64,000 bases of DNA from NCBI GenBank assembly GCA_038087875.1, contig CM075992.1, positions 5,644,001 to 5,708,000 on the forward strand, written 5' to 3'. Both the position numbers and the translations under genes were made by a program. Position 1 is the stretch's first letter, and every line of letters starts with the position of its first letter. Below, in pieces: positions 22,758-35,500 of this stretch. A model generated the notes under the pieces. That model saw nothing but the letters and a program-made list of their open reading frames with translations, searched no databases and was not told the DNA's origin. The stretch is from Malacoraja senta. Its lineage: Eukaryota.

Positions 22758-25700
22758 CCGTCTCCAAACAATCAGGTTTAACCTAACCTGGCGGACAACA
22801 CATGAAGTATCTCGACCAGAATCTCCAGAGATGCTGCCTGACCCGCTGAGTTACTCCAGCTTTTTGTGTCTATCTTCGACACATTGGTTGAGTTCAGTTG
22901 TCCCTCTGAGAACCCGCTACTTCAGGAGTCAGAAATAATATGTGCTCAATTTTAAGAGCTGGATAAGAAGTCATAAGTTCCAGGAGCAGAATTAGGCCAT
23001 TCGGTCCATCAAGTCTACGCCGCCATTCAATTCTCAACCCCATGCTCCTGCCTTCTCCCTATAACCCTTGACACCCGTACTAATCAAGAAATCTGCCAAT
23101 CTCAGCCTTAAAAATATCCATTGACTTGGCCTCCACAGCCATCTGTGGCAAAGAATTCCACAGATTCACCACCAACTGACAAAATAAATTCTTCATCATC
23201 TTTGTCTAAAGTCACGATTAGTTTTACTTTATTTTCACGTGTACTGAGGTATAGTGAAAAGCTTTTGTTTGCGGCTATCCAGTCAAAGAAACTAGACATG
23301 AATACAAGCGTGCACAGTGCCTAAATAAAGAGCACACCAGTGCAATATATAACATTGAAGTCCAATTAAAGATAGTTCAAGGATCTCTAATGAGGTAAAT
23401 GGGAGGTCAGGACCATACTCCAGAAGAAGAGAAGACAGCTGGGAAGAAACTACCTGAATCTGGTGGTATGAGTTTTCAAACTTCTATACCTTCTGCCCGA
23501 TGGGAGAGAAGAGGGAGTGACCTCCTTGGAAGATTTAAAGGGTTGATAAACTGAGCCCAGTTTCTCTACATATTGACGGCATAAAATAATGAAATTGGGA
23601 AAGAATAAAATCGTAGAAGGGGAGAATGAGGTAAAAAGATAATGGAAAAGAAGGGTTTCGGCCCGAAACGTTGCCTATTTCCTTCGCTCCATAGATGCTG
23701 CCGCACCCACTGAGTTTCTCCAGCACTTTTGTCTACCAAAAGATAATGGGACATTTGTTTAGATGCCATGGAGCTTGGTTTTGAAGAAAACCTGAGCACG
23801 GGGATGTGTCTGTTGGAGTTGCATGATTTACAGCCGTTGTTAGAAATCTGTGTGAAATCTGTTATATTTAACAGTGCAAATAAACAACAATTTTTTTTTA
23901 AAACTGTGTAAAAGATTACATTAATCTTTGTTCTGTGAATAGTCTAGTCTGACTGTTCCCAACCGCCATTGTATTTGATGCTCTTGTATAGCCTTGCTTG
24001 AAGAAGGGTCTTGACCCAAAACGTCACCCATTCCTTCTCTCCAGGTCCCGCTGAGTTACTCCAGGTTTATCTTTGGTTTAAATTAGCATCGGCAGTTCCT
24101 TCCTATTAATATAGCCTTGATTGCCTTACCTGATCCTTGTGGTGTGTTTCAAAGTTTTCTTGTAATGGAATATATGGCGCTGACAAAGTTACAAAGTATC
24201 CCCCCTCCCCGGGTCCTCCATTGTTCTCCACCACCCCTACCCCCTCCTGGTAGTCCCCCCACGCCAGGTCCTTCATTGTTTTTTAACAACAGAGAAGAAT
24301 TGCTCATGTTAGTGACCTATTGCATGCACAATAACCATAATTATACACCATTTGTGAAAGCTGCTTTTATCATCTATCACAGTGCAAGAATTGGATTGCA
24401 TTCTCAGAAAATCTATTCTCAGAATTGGATGTTTGTTCAAGGTTAGCTTTTGTTACCCAGTTCTTAGTTTCCCTTGAGGATGAAGAGAGGGTCTCTTTCT
24501 CTCTCTTGCTGTGTTTCATAAAAACCGTGGTGTAATGGCGGCATTTCCACAGCTGTTATTAGCTCGGGATCTTGATTTGATGAAGAAACAATTATTTTCG
24601 AGTTCAAACACCATTCCTGTTGGAGGAGTCTGTGCTCCCATGCTCTGCTGTGCTTCAGGGCAGCAGAAGTTGGCATTTGGAAGAAACTGTGCCAAAGTGT
24701 TGTAGAACTGTAGACCAATTCTAAGCAATAGCACACAGTCATGTCCTTCGTGACTGAAATAGTGAAGGTAATTTGTTGCAAGTCTCTTTGTGAGGTTAAT
24801 TCTCATTGCTGTCTCAAAGATGATGGCCATCACTTCATCATCTGCTGGGTCTCTGTCACAGAAGCTGTGATAAGGATACCATCACTGCTCGCCACTCTAC
24901 AGCAGAGGAAAATAAATTCTTATGAACACATTCAGTACATAAGGCGACACAGTGGCGCAACTGTTAGAGCCACTGCCTCACAAGCCAAAGACCCGGGTTC
25001 GATCCAGACCTCGGGTGCTCTCTGTATAGAGTTTGCATGTTGTCCCTGTGACTGCGTAGGCTTCCTCTCATATCCCAAAGGCATGCAGTTTTGTAGGTTA
25101 AATGGCCTCTGTAAAATTGGTGCTAATGTGTAGGAAGTGGATGAGAATGTGGGATAATGTAGAACTAATGTGAACAAAGAGTGGTCAGTGTGCATTGGGT
25201 GGGTTGAAGAGCCTGTTTACATGCTGTATCTCTAAACTAAACTAAAATTAACTTCAGACAACAACAGACGTGTGTCATATCATTCAAACAGAAATATGAA
25301 CGAGAGAGGAAGATGTTACCTGTGGTACAATTTAGACTTTAGACTGTGGAGAAGCTATGTGAAAACAGGCCCTTTGGCCCACTGAGTTGGCGTTGACCAG
25401 CAGTCAGCCCGTACACTAGCACTATCCTACACACGAGTGACAATTTACAATTTATAGAAGCCAGTTAACCATAAAACCTGTACGCCTCTGGAGTGTAGGA
25501 GGAAACTGGAACACCCAGAGAAAACCCACGTGGTCACAGGGAGAACGTACAAACAGTTTAGAACACAGATCTCTGGCATTGTAAGGCAGCAGTTCAACGA
25601 CTGCACTGCCCCTAAATTAATGGTAGAAATCCCAAAGAGAGCGCTACAATTATCTTGGGAACTTCTGAACTAAGCAAAGGAAGAAAGGTCAATTAGGATT

Positions 25701-26409
25701 TCCTTGCTGGAAGGTGGTACTAGGATTGGCATCATGATGTGATGTCTCCTATGATTTAATAGTTTAGTATTTCCACACTGACACACAGGCAACAAGGGGT
25801 CAAAACTTTGATCCAGCTGGGAGAATAAAGAAGGCAGTATCATCCCAACATCAGTGTTACAGGCGATCGGCACAAGGCCAGCTACTTAGTAAAGTCACTG
25901 GAGACAGATTTCCACCTGAGTGATTTCCAACCGTTGATGCCTTCAGTTGTCAAGAGTATTTTATTGTCATATGTCCCAAAATAAAACAATGAAATTTTTA
26001 CTTGCATAGCTCTCAGTGGCTACCAAAATAAACAATAAATTGTTCAATAAATAAAAAATATATATATTACGAAAACAAAGCAAAAAATTGTAAGGTCATA
26101 AGTGATAGGAGCAGAATTGGGCCATTTGGCCCATTCAATCATGGCTGATTAATCTCTCCCTCTTAACCCCATTCTCCTGCCTTCTCCCCATAACCTCTGA
26201 CAACCGTGCTAATCAAGAAAGTCTCGAGTGCAATCAAGGCAGTTCAGAGTTGAGTTGAATTCAGTGTTCAACAGCCGTTGTTGGGAAGCTGGACATTACA
26301 GTGAGCAAGGTAAGATAGAAGCATCAGCTTTACTAACAACTCAGCAATGTTCAGTGACTGTTCTGGTGTTGGTGGAATATTGAACAGAGATCAGATTAAA
26401 CCCACTTAC

Positions 26410-26507
26410 CATCCAAGTTGATGTATTATTGTGGCAGCGTCCTTGGGCGAAACTATCTTCTTGTTCCTGCACATCACAGAAAACCACCTCTTGCACTGGG
26501 TTACCAC
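26410..26507 (-). CDS. ADGRE-like exon, helix 8 / C-tail (VVTQCKRWFSVMCRNKK...)
   Basis: aag acceptor, gtaagt donor; V..Q.KRWF resembles ADGRE helix 8; 98 nt. Confidence 0.75.
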
Positions 26508-29500
26508 CTTAATGGAAGATACAAGTCATAGACAGATGGAATTGAATCCTGATAATGTGGAAACAAAGAACTGCAGATGTTGGCTAATACACAAAAAGGC
26601 ACAAAGTACTGGAATAACTCAGCAGGTCTGAAGAAGGGTATCGACCCAAAACGCCACCTATCCATGTTCTCCAGAGATGCTGCCTGAGCTGCTGAGTTAC
26701 TCCTGCACTTTGTGTCCTTTAATTTGTTTCCCTCTATGTTGTAGAGTGCCGTATGTACTAAATGCTGGAGACCCTTTGAACTGAAATGTTAACTCTTTTT
26801 TTCCCACAGACATTGGGTGTGTCCAGCATGTTCAGTTTTTATTAGAGTAAATTACAGGTACAAGGAAGGAGCAGTGAACAGGGGAATTGGGCAAGGGATC
26901 AATAAATGCGGGAACTGAGAAGGGAATCAGCAAATGCTTCTTTTATCTGGAAAAGAGAAAACTGATGTGAACTTTCATAAAATGTATTATTGAGTATGGG
27001 TATTCCAGCACTGCCTCAAGGGCCAAATGGCTTCCATCCAACCAGTAACAGTTCTATGGTTCGATGCGGAGAATATTAGTTTCCACATAGTGTTCATTAC
27101 AAGGGTCCTTTAATAACTCCATTGGGGAATTAAGGCAAAAACTATTTAAGTTGGATAATGACAAGGAATTTCAAGAATTGGAAGCAAATCCTTTTTCACA
27201 CAGAGAGTGGTGAATCTCTGGAACTCTCTGCCACAGAGGGTAGTTGAGGCCAGTTCATTGGCTATATTTAAGAGGGAGTTAGATGTGGCCCTTGTGGCTA
27301 AGGGGATCAGGGGGTATGGAGAGAAGGCAGGTACGGGATACTGAGTTGGATGATCAGCCATGATCATATTGAATGGCGGTGCAGGCTCGAAGGGCCGAAT
27401 GGCCTACTCCTGCACCTATTTTCTATGTATCTATGTATCTATGTAAATGCTGTCCCAGGATATTTCCCAGAAGCAAACAGTGATAAGAGTGGTGATGGAG
27501 GCGGGTACGACAGTGGCTTTAAGATGGGCACATGGATATGCAGGGAATGGAGAGGTATGGATCACATGCAGGTAGAGGAGATTAGATTAACTTTGCATCA
27601 TGTTCAGCACAGACATTGTGGGCCGAATGACATGTTCCTGTGCTGCATTGTTCCGCGTTAACTTGATAAAAACTGGCACAGACCAGTTGGGTAGAGTGGC
27701 CTATTTTTTTGCCCAAAATGTCATGTAAATCTCGGCTCCGTACCTTGGGATTTAACACACAGAGGATGATGAAGATGAAGACGCCCTGGAAACTGTTGAC
27801 AATGGTGAACAAATACGCCATCACTATCGTTTCCTCATCAAAGTGGAACAAGCCAAAGATCCAGCTGCAACCCAGAATAAACACTCGCCCGATGGCTTTA
27901 AACGTCAACATCCTGTAACAAAGCAAGGTCAGTGAGATACACATCATGTTCAATATGTCTGCACAAACACTCAGCTGCAAAATTCACTCCCCACTACACA
28001 TACTATGTGGTAGTGACAGGACATCCTGCCTCTGGAACCTATGTCATTAAAGTCAATTAATAGAATTTCAACAGTACAGAATAACATGCTGCCAGATATT
28101 ATTTCACACATTTCGGTCTAATGTATTTCTAAGCATTTAATTTGACATTAAATCATAGAGTAATGAAATTACATATTTTCTCTCAGAGTTCCCCTGCCCC
28201 TTCCGCTTTGTGTTCCGTTCTCTTAGTGCTGAACCTAGACAGTCTTCATTTGAGACTGATAGCGTTGGAGCAACCTCCCGGGTCAAGCAGCATCTCTGGA
28301 GAACATGGATAGGTGATGTTTTGGGTCAGGACCCTTCTTCAGACCACTGAAGGGTTTCGACCTGAAACGTCACCCCTATCCATGTTCTCCAGAGATGCTG
28401 CCTGACTCGCTGAGTTACTCCAGCACCTTGCGTGTTTTTTTGTAAACCAGCATCTGCAGTTCCTTGTTTGAGGTTCAAGTTGATTACAGATGGCCAAATG
28501 AAATCCAGTCACATGAGGCTAGAGCACAATTTGGAAATGCAGTTAGGTATATGGGCAGCACAGTGGCATAATGGTTGTTCAAGTCTGCCTCACAGCAAGT
28601 AGTATTGCTACCTCACAGGTTTGTGATTCAGGTTTAACGCTGACCCTGAGCACTATACGTTTGGAGTTGGCACATTTTCCTCATGACCAAGAGTCCAGAG
28701 TGTTTATTTGTCATATGTACCGATGACAGAACAATTAAATCCTTACTTGATACAGCATATCGGGCCCGTAAACATAATAACACAGAGATAATATATATTA
28801 GTTAAAAATACAATAAAATCCAAATGTAATAATATGCTGGTAACCATATTAATGCTAAGACCAAAGTGCGTAGTGCAACCTAAGCCACCGTCTTAAGCCA
28901 ACATTAAGACCTGGAGCGGGGACGTACATCGCCCGGCGCGGCCTTAACGGCCGTGGGACTTGCCATCGCCCGCCTGGGGCTTTAACATCGGGAGAAAAAA
29001 TGGAACACAGGGGAGAGAAAAGACTTTGCCTTCCATCACAGTGAGGAGGAGATTCACTGTGATGGATGTTTGTGTGAATTGAATTGTTTGTGTGTCTTGT
29101 AGAAATTGTTTCTTTTTGTATGGCTGTGGAAATGGACTTTCATTTGAGCCTCGTTGAGGTTCAAATGACAATGAATAAATATTGTATTGTATTGTGTTGA
29201 AGAAGGAACTGCAGATGCTGGAAAATCGAAGGTACACAAAAATGCTGGAGAAACTCAGCGGGTGCAGCAGCATCTATGGAGCGAAGGAAATAGGCAACGT
29301 TTCGGGCCGAAACCCTTCTTCAGACAATTGTATTGTATTGTATTGTCTGCAGACCATGTGGGTTTCCTCAGGTGCGTGCTCCAGTCTCCACCCATATCCC
29401 AAAGACATGCGGGTAGGTTAATTGGCTGCTGTGAATTTGTGTACATGTGTGGGTGACGGGTGAATTAGGGGGAGGGGATGGGGGTATGGGAGAGATCTAT

Positions 29501-32500
29501 GAAGAATGAGGCCTTAGGCAAGTCATCTACCAGTGCTTAATACACCCATAGAAATAAGTTTTTGTTTAGCTTAGTTTATTGTCATGTGTACCGAGGTACA
29601 TTGAAAAGCCGACCACATTGTATAGATACATGATAAAAGGAATGACGTTTAGTGCAAGATAAAGTCCAGAAAAGTCTGACGAAAGATAAAACGAGGGTCC
29701 CCAATGAGGTAGTTGGCAGCTCAAGCACCTTAAATAGTTAGAGACATACAGCACGGAAACAAACCCTTCCATGCTGACCAAAATGCCCCATCGAAGCCAG
29801 TCCCATTTGTCCGTGCATAGTCCATGTCAAGATTAAAGAGTCAAGAGTGTTTTATTCTCATATGTATCGAAATGGAACAATGAAATTCTTATTTGCAACA
29901 TCACAACAGGTTTGTAAACACAGTACTCAACAGTCCCTCTAAATCTTTCCTATCCATAAAAGTCTGGAGATCATAATGGGACTCACCTAGTGTCTTTGAG
30001 CTTTGACACTTCAATATCTCGTTTGTCAATTTCTTTCTTTAAATTCCAGAGCGTTATCAGGAAAAGGAATGTATTGATCTGTTGGAAGATGCAAACAACA
30101 AAAAAGAAAATGGATAGAATAAATTGGGGAGGTATCTGTGGAACTCATCTCCAGCCCACAAGGGACCATAGCCAAGCAAGAGGATAATGATTTGTTTGTT
30201 CCAGGCCCAGAAGTCTATTTCCTGCATTATGATCAGACACCAACAAAGACCACTGAACTCTGCCTGAAACATGATGGTACATGTGCGAAACCTTGATGTT
30301 GCAGTTTATTTAGGTCTCTTACAAACCCAACAACCTGTTATACCTTTGAGATCTTTAGCCATAAATCGCCAGCATACATTGATATTCACCATCTCTATGT
30401 TTAATCTAAACCTAAGAATAATCACCATATAATCTTTATTACGGGTTGGAAGATTGCAACCTTCACGTGGTCCGCCCTGTTTCGACGAATGCAATCAACC
30501 TGGCGTGCACAATCAAATAAGATCAAATAGAACAAGTTGTCCTACAGCTGTGCAAGCCATACACAAGAGGAAGAATCTTTATTACCAAGACATTTCTATA
30601 CAATTTTCATTCATATTTTAATGCAAAAACCTCATCATCCCCAAACTCACTCTGAGGCTCAATCTGTGTAAGGCATCACTGGCATTAGGAGACTCCTCAG
30701 TATTGAATACAATGTAATGAAGTGCCATCATGCAATACAGAGGCATCTTTCAGGTTTGAGATAGAGTACCTGCTCTGAGAATGGCTTGTTCTCACTCCAA
30801 AGGTGGATAAGCAACAACTTTGTATTGATAGAGTGCAGTAGAAAAAAATAAACATTATACCATGTCACATAAAGAAATGCTAGGACAGAAGACCAATGTT
30901 TTGATCGAGAGGTGGGGTCATTTTCGTGGAGAGGACAGGGGCAGATAGGTTTAGCGAGAAAATCACTGAAATTTGACCTTGAGCAGTTGAATGCAAGATG
31001 GGAAGACTAGCAAGGAGGTTGTAGACACAAAAAAACTGCAGATGCTGGTTTACAAAAAAAAGACATAAAGTGCTGGAGTAACTCAGGAGTCAGGCAGAAG
31101 CTTCTCTGAAGAAAGTTGTAAAGGTAACAAAGGGTTCAGGATAAATGAAGGTTTCAGCAGATTACTTTGCTACATATTTGAAATGTAATATGTACCAAAA
31201 TTAACTTGTAGATCACAATCGCAACATAGATAATTTAAAAGATTACCCCAATTATTAGGCACACAGGTCCCAGGAAGCTCCAGTTGAATCTCCTCTGTTT
31301 TTGTAGCCAGCAGCTGATGTTAATGAACAGAAGAATTGTGAATAAGTATTAGTCTATGTTGTTTTTAACCAATGTCACATGCTGATCAAAATGCAGTACA
31401 TCAGATCATCATTGTGCAAAATGTTAACCAGGATCAATGACAATTTCTGTCCACTTTGGTAATCAGGGATTGTGTTTAGATATGGCAATACTTTACTGAA
31501 CTGTATGCAAAAAAAGAATTTCACTGTGCGTTTGGACATGTGACAATAAAGTACTATTGACCATTGATCATACATCGGTCTTGAATATCCAGGAGCATCC
31601 CATCTCTCCCAGTGATGGAGAGAGTAGATTCACCTCATGATATACAGGTGTGCCTACTGCGATGGTGTAGAAAATGATCTAAGGCAACTTGCCTGTGATT
31701 ATACAGGTGATTGAGTAGTCTGCAGGTACTCAGCAAAGAATTTGGATGATACAGCTATCTGTCTCGTTACCCCAGGGGTAAATGGTAACCATGAGAATGG
31801 GAAAGATATAATGGGCAAAAATAACGTGTAGTGTCTTGGCTCTTCAGTCATTTATTAATATTCTTATTTTGGTTCAATACATAAATAAATATAGCCATTG
31901 AAAACAATTTGTATTCACTTCAATGATTGTGTTGAACCCTGCAACGGTGTTTCTTATCTCCTCAGTAGACAGTTAGCGATTGTGTCAAGAATGACTGATG
32001 TACGAGCAGAGAAACATTTCTATTGTACGAGCAGAGAAACATAATACACTCCTTACTAGTTGGGTGATCCATAGCCATCAGGATAGATAGCAGCAGAAAC
32101 GACCACTATTACTGCAGGAATCCCGTAACCACATCCGTACATGTACTTGCCCATTTTCTCAGATTTAGAAATTCTTAAATTCTTGATGTTTCTGACCAAC
32201 AGGTAGAGCTGAATTCCTTCCAAAAACATCCACACAAAGGCCGACAGGAACAAGTAATGTAAAAATCCAGCTATAACCCCACACACAATCTGAAACAACA
32301 AGAAGTTACGATGAGGGGCTGTCACAACCCAATTGCATAATCACAACGTTTTCATTTTATGAAAATGTAGGAATAGTGAGCCTTCCGGGTTTACGAGGAT
32401 TTTTTTTTTGATTGATTGAAAGATACAGCAGGGAAACTCTCGGCTTGACCCACTTGAGTCCACGCTGACCATCACTTGTTTGTTAGAAGGTGGGCACAAA

Positions 32501-35500
32501 ATGCTGAAGTAACTCAGCGGGACAGGCAGCATCTCTGGAGAGAAGGAATGGGTGACGTTTCAGGTCGAGATCCTTCTTCAGGCTGAAGATTGAGAGAACA
32601 ATTACACAAGCGGGTGCTACTGGCAATGTCTGTAGTTCAGCAAGTTTCTTAAAAGGGGTAGAGATTAAAGTTTAAAAAAAGGACACAAAGTGCTGGAGTA
32701 ACTCAGCGAGTCAGGCGGGGAACATGGATTGGAGACGTTTCAGTTGGGACCCTTCTTCAGACTGATTGTGGGACAGATTAACGTTGCTGTTCCCTGCATT
32801 TCTCTTAATCAATAATTTAGCACAACCTATTTCTGTTTGTATCATTAATACTGCAGAGAGCGGTCTCAGTTGCTTCCCCAGGGCATCGCTGGTATCTTAC
32901 CCGGTGTCCAGTTCTGTTGATTCCTATAATGAAGAGTAGATCTGCCAGGAAAAGGCTCACACACAGCTGCATGTGTGTGATAATCACAGCACTCTTAAGC
33001 TCCTCCCAAAGGACTATGGTTCCAATAGTAACAATGAGACACACAAGTGATACAGGAATCCCAATGTATGTAATTACATTTAGCACATATGGTTCACCCT
33101 GCAAGGGAAGAGGAAAAGCACATTAAAAGAGTCTGCTTTTGGAAGAATCATATTCAAGAACCCCGACCACGGGAGAACAAAGATGGGAAGAGATGGAACT
33201 TTTTTTTCGTCTTCCATCACAGTGAGGAATGTGGAGGAGTCACTGTGGTGGATGTTTATGTTAAAATGTATTTTGTATGTTCTGGTGCTTTTTATTTGTA
33301 TGACTGACTTGGCAAATGAAATTCCTCATATGTTGCATACTTATCTAATGAAGTATTCTTGTATTGTGTTCTTCATTATTGATGTTATCAGGCTACTGAA
33401 CCCTTCCTCTCACCAACTAGAGAGCGGTCCTGACTTCCCATCTACCTCATTGACGACCTTCGAACTATTATTTATCGGACTTGACATCGTGAACTAAATG
33501 TTATACCATTGATCCTGTATCTGAACGCTCTGGATGGCTTGATTGTAATTACATATAGTCTTTCCGCTGACTGGATAGCATGCAGCAAAAAATCGTTTTA
33601 CTGTACACGTGACAATAATAAACTAAACTAAAACAAATCGATTCACAACTTAACTGATTACAGGTTCATAAAGATCTGTTCAATTCATTTTATTAATTCA
33701 TGTGGACATTGTTGGCCCAGTCAGTATTTATTGCCCATCTCCAGGAGGGGGTGGTGAGCTGCAGTCTGCTTACGGAAGATAAAACCCCACAGTATCATTG
33801 GGAAGAGGTCTAAGATTTAGGTCCAGTGATGTTGAAAGGACCAGTGACATATATCAAAGTCAGGATGGTGTTGACTTGGAGGGGAACCTGCAGCTGGTGG
33901 TGTTTCCATGTAGAAGCTGCCCTTGATCCTTCTGGTGTAGACATTTGGAAGTGCTGTCGTTGTAGACTAGGCAAGTAACTACAGTGGATTTTACAGATGA
34001 CACACATTGCAAGCCAATCTGTACTGGTGATGGAGGGATGAATGTATAGCATAGTGTTGCTAATCAAGAAGGATCCTATGATTTTTCTGATTGTGTTGAA
34101 GTGTATCCATTCCATCAAGCTTCAAACTAGTGTCCTGTAAATAGTGGAAATGTTGTCTGGAGCTGAGTCAATGAAAGGAAGGTCATGCTGCTGAAGATGG
34201 TTGGGTCCAGGATACCGTCCCGTGGAACTCCTGCATGGTTGCTACACAGAATGTGATGATTGACTTCTAACGACCACAACTGTTTTCTTTTCTGTGAGGT
34301 ATAACTCCAAACACGAGTCATTGTGCAGCAATGGATAGACTGTGCACTGGACTCTGTGGTGTGCATAGATTCTACCAATCATTCCTAAAATTACTGGAAT
34401 GGACATGTATTTGCAACAGACAGGTGAGGATCCACCTTGCTTTACCCATTTCCTAAGCAGATCTCCTCTAACATCTATTTTTTTTGCAGGACTTTTGGCC
34501 AGCTTAGTTCCTTGTTAATGGGCAATGAATTATCTCCTCTAGACGGAGAGGGTCTATGGTAGGTAGTGGGTAAACTACCAACATGAATTCTACAAGGCCA
34601 AGTCAGTGGATGGTTAGGTTTCAATTACAATGGTGAATTTATTATGAAATCAAGGCCGAAGACCAGGTAAGGAGGAGATTCAAGAGACTGCAGATGCTGG
34701 AATCTTGAGCAAAGTACAAAGTGCTGGAGGAACTGTGTGGGTGAGGCAGCATCTGGGGAGGGAATGGACAGGCACTGTTTCGGGTCAGGATCCTTCTTCA
34801 GACTCAGGTAAGGAGAGCAAATTTCTCCCTCCACAAGACTTGAGCGAGCCATTTGAGTTATATGACAAAGTGTTGCTTGAGCTAACGTTGACCTTCTTAA
34901 CTTCCCCTGTTGCAACCTTGTGTAGCTATAGCTAACGCTAACCTTTTTCTTAACTTCTCCTCTTGCCATGTTGGAAGTCAGGCCCCACATTCGTTGGTGA
35001 GACAGCATTTAGAATATTGTGTTCAGTTCAGGGCACCATGTTATAGGAAAGATTGAAGCTTGAAAGGGTTCAGAAAAGATTTACAAGGATGTTACCAGGA
35101 CTAGAGGGTGTGAGCTATAGGGAGAGGTTGAGTAGGCTGAGCCTCTATTCCATGGAGCGCAGGAGGATGAGGGGAGATCTTATAGAGGTATACAAAATCA
35201 TGAGAGGAATAGATCGGGTAGATGCACAGAGTCTCTTGCCCAGAGTAGGGGAATCGAGGACCAGAGGACATGGGTTCAAGGTGAAGGAGAAAAGATTTAC
35301 TAAGAATCCGAGGGGTAACATTTTCACACAAAGGGTGGTGGGTGTATGGAACAATCTGCCAGAGAAGGTAGTTGAGGCTGGGAGTATCCCATCATTCAAG
35401 AAACAGATGGACAGGTACATGGATTGGACAGGTTTGGAGGGTTAGGGACCAAGCGCAGGCAAGTGGGACTAGTGTAGCTGGGACATTGTTGGCCGGAGTT

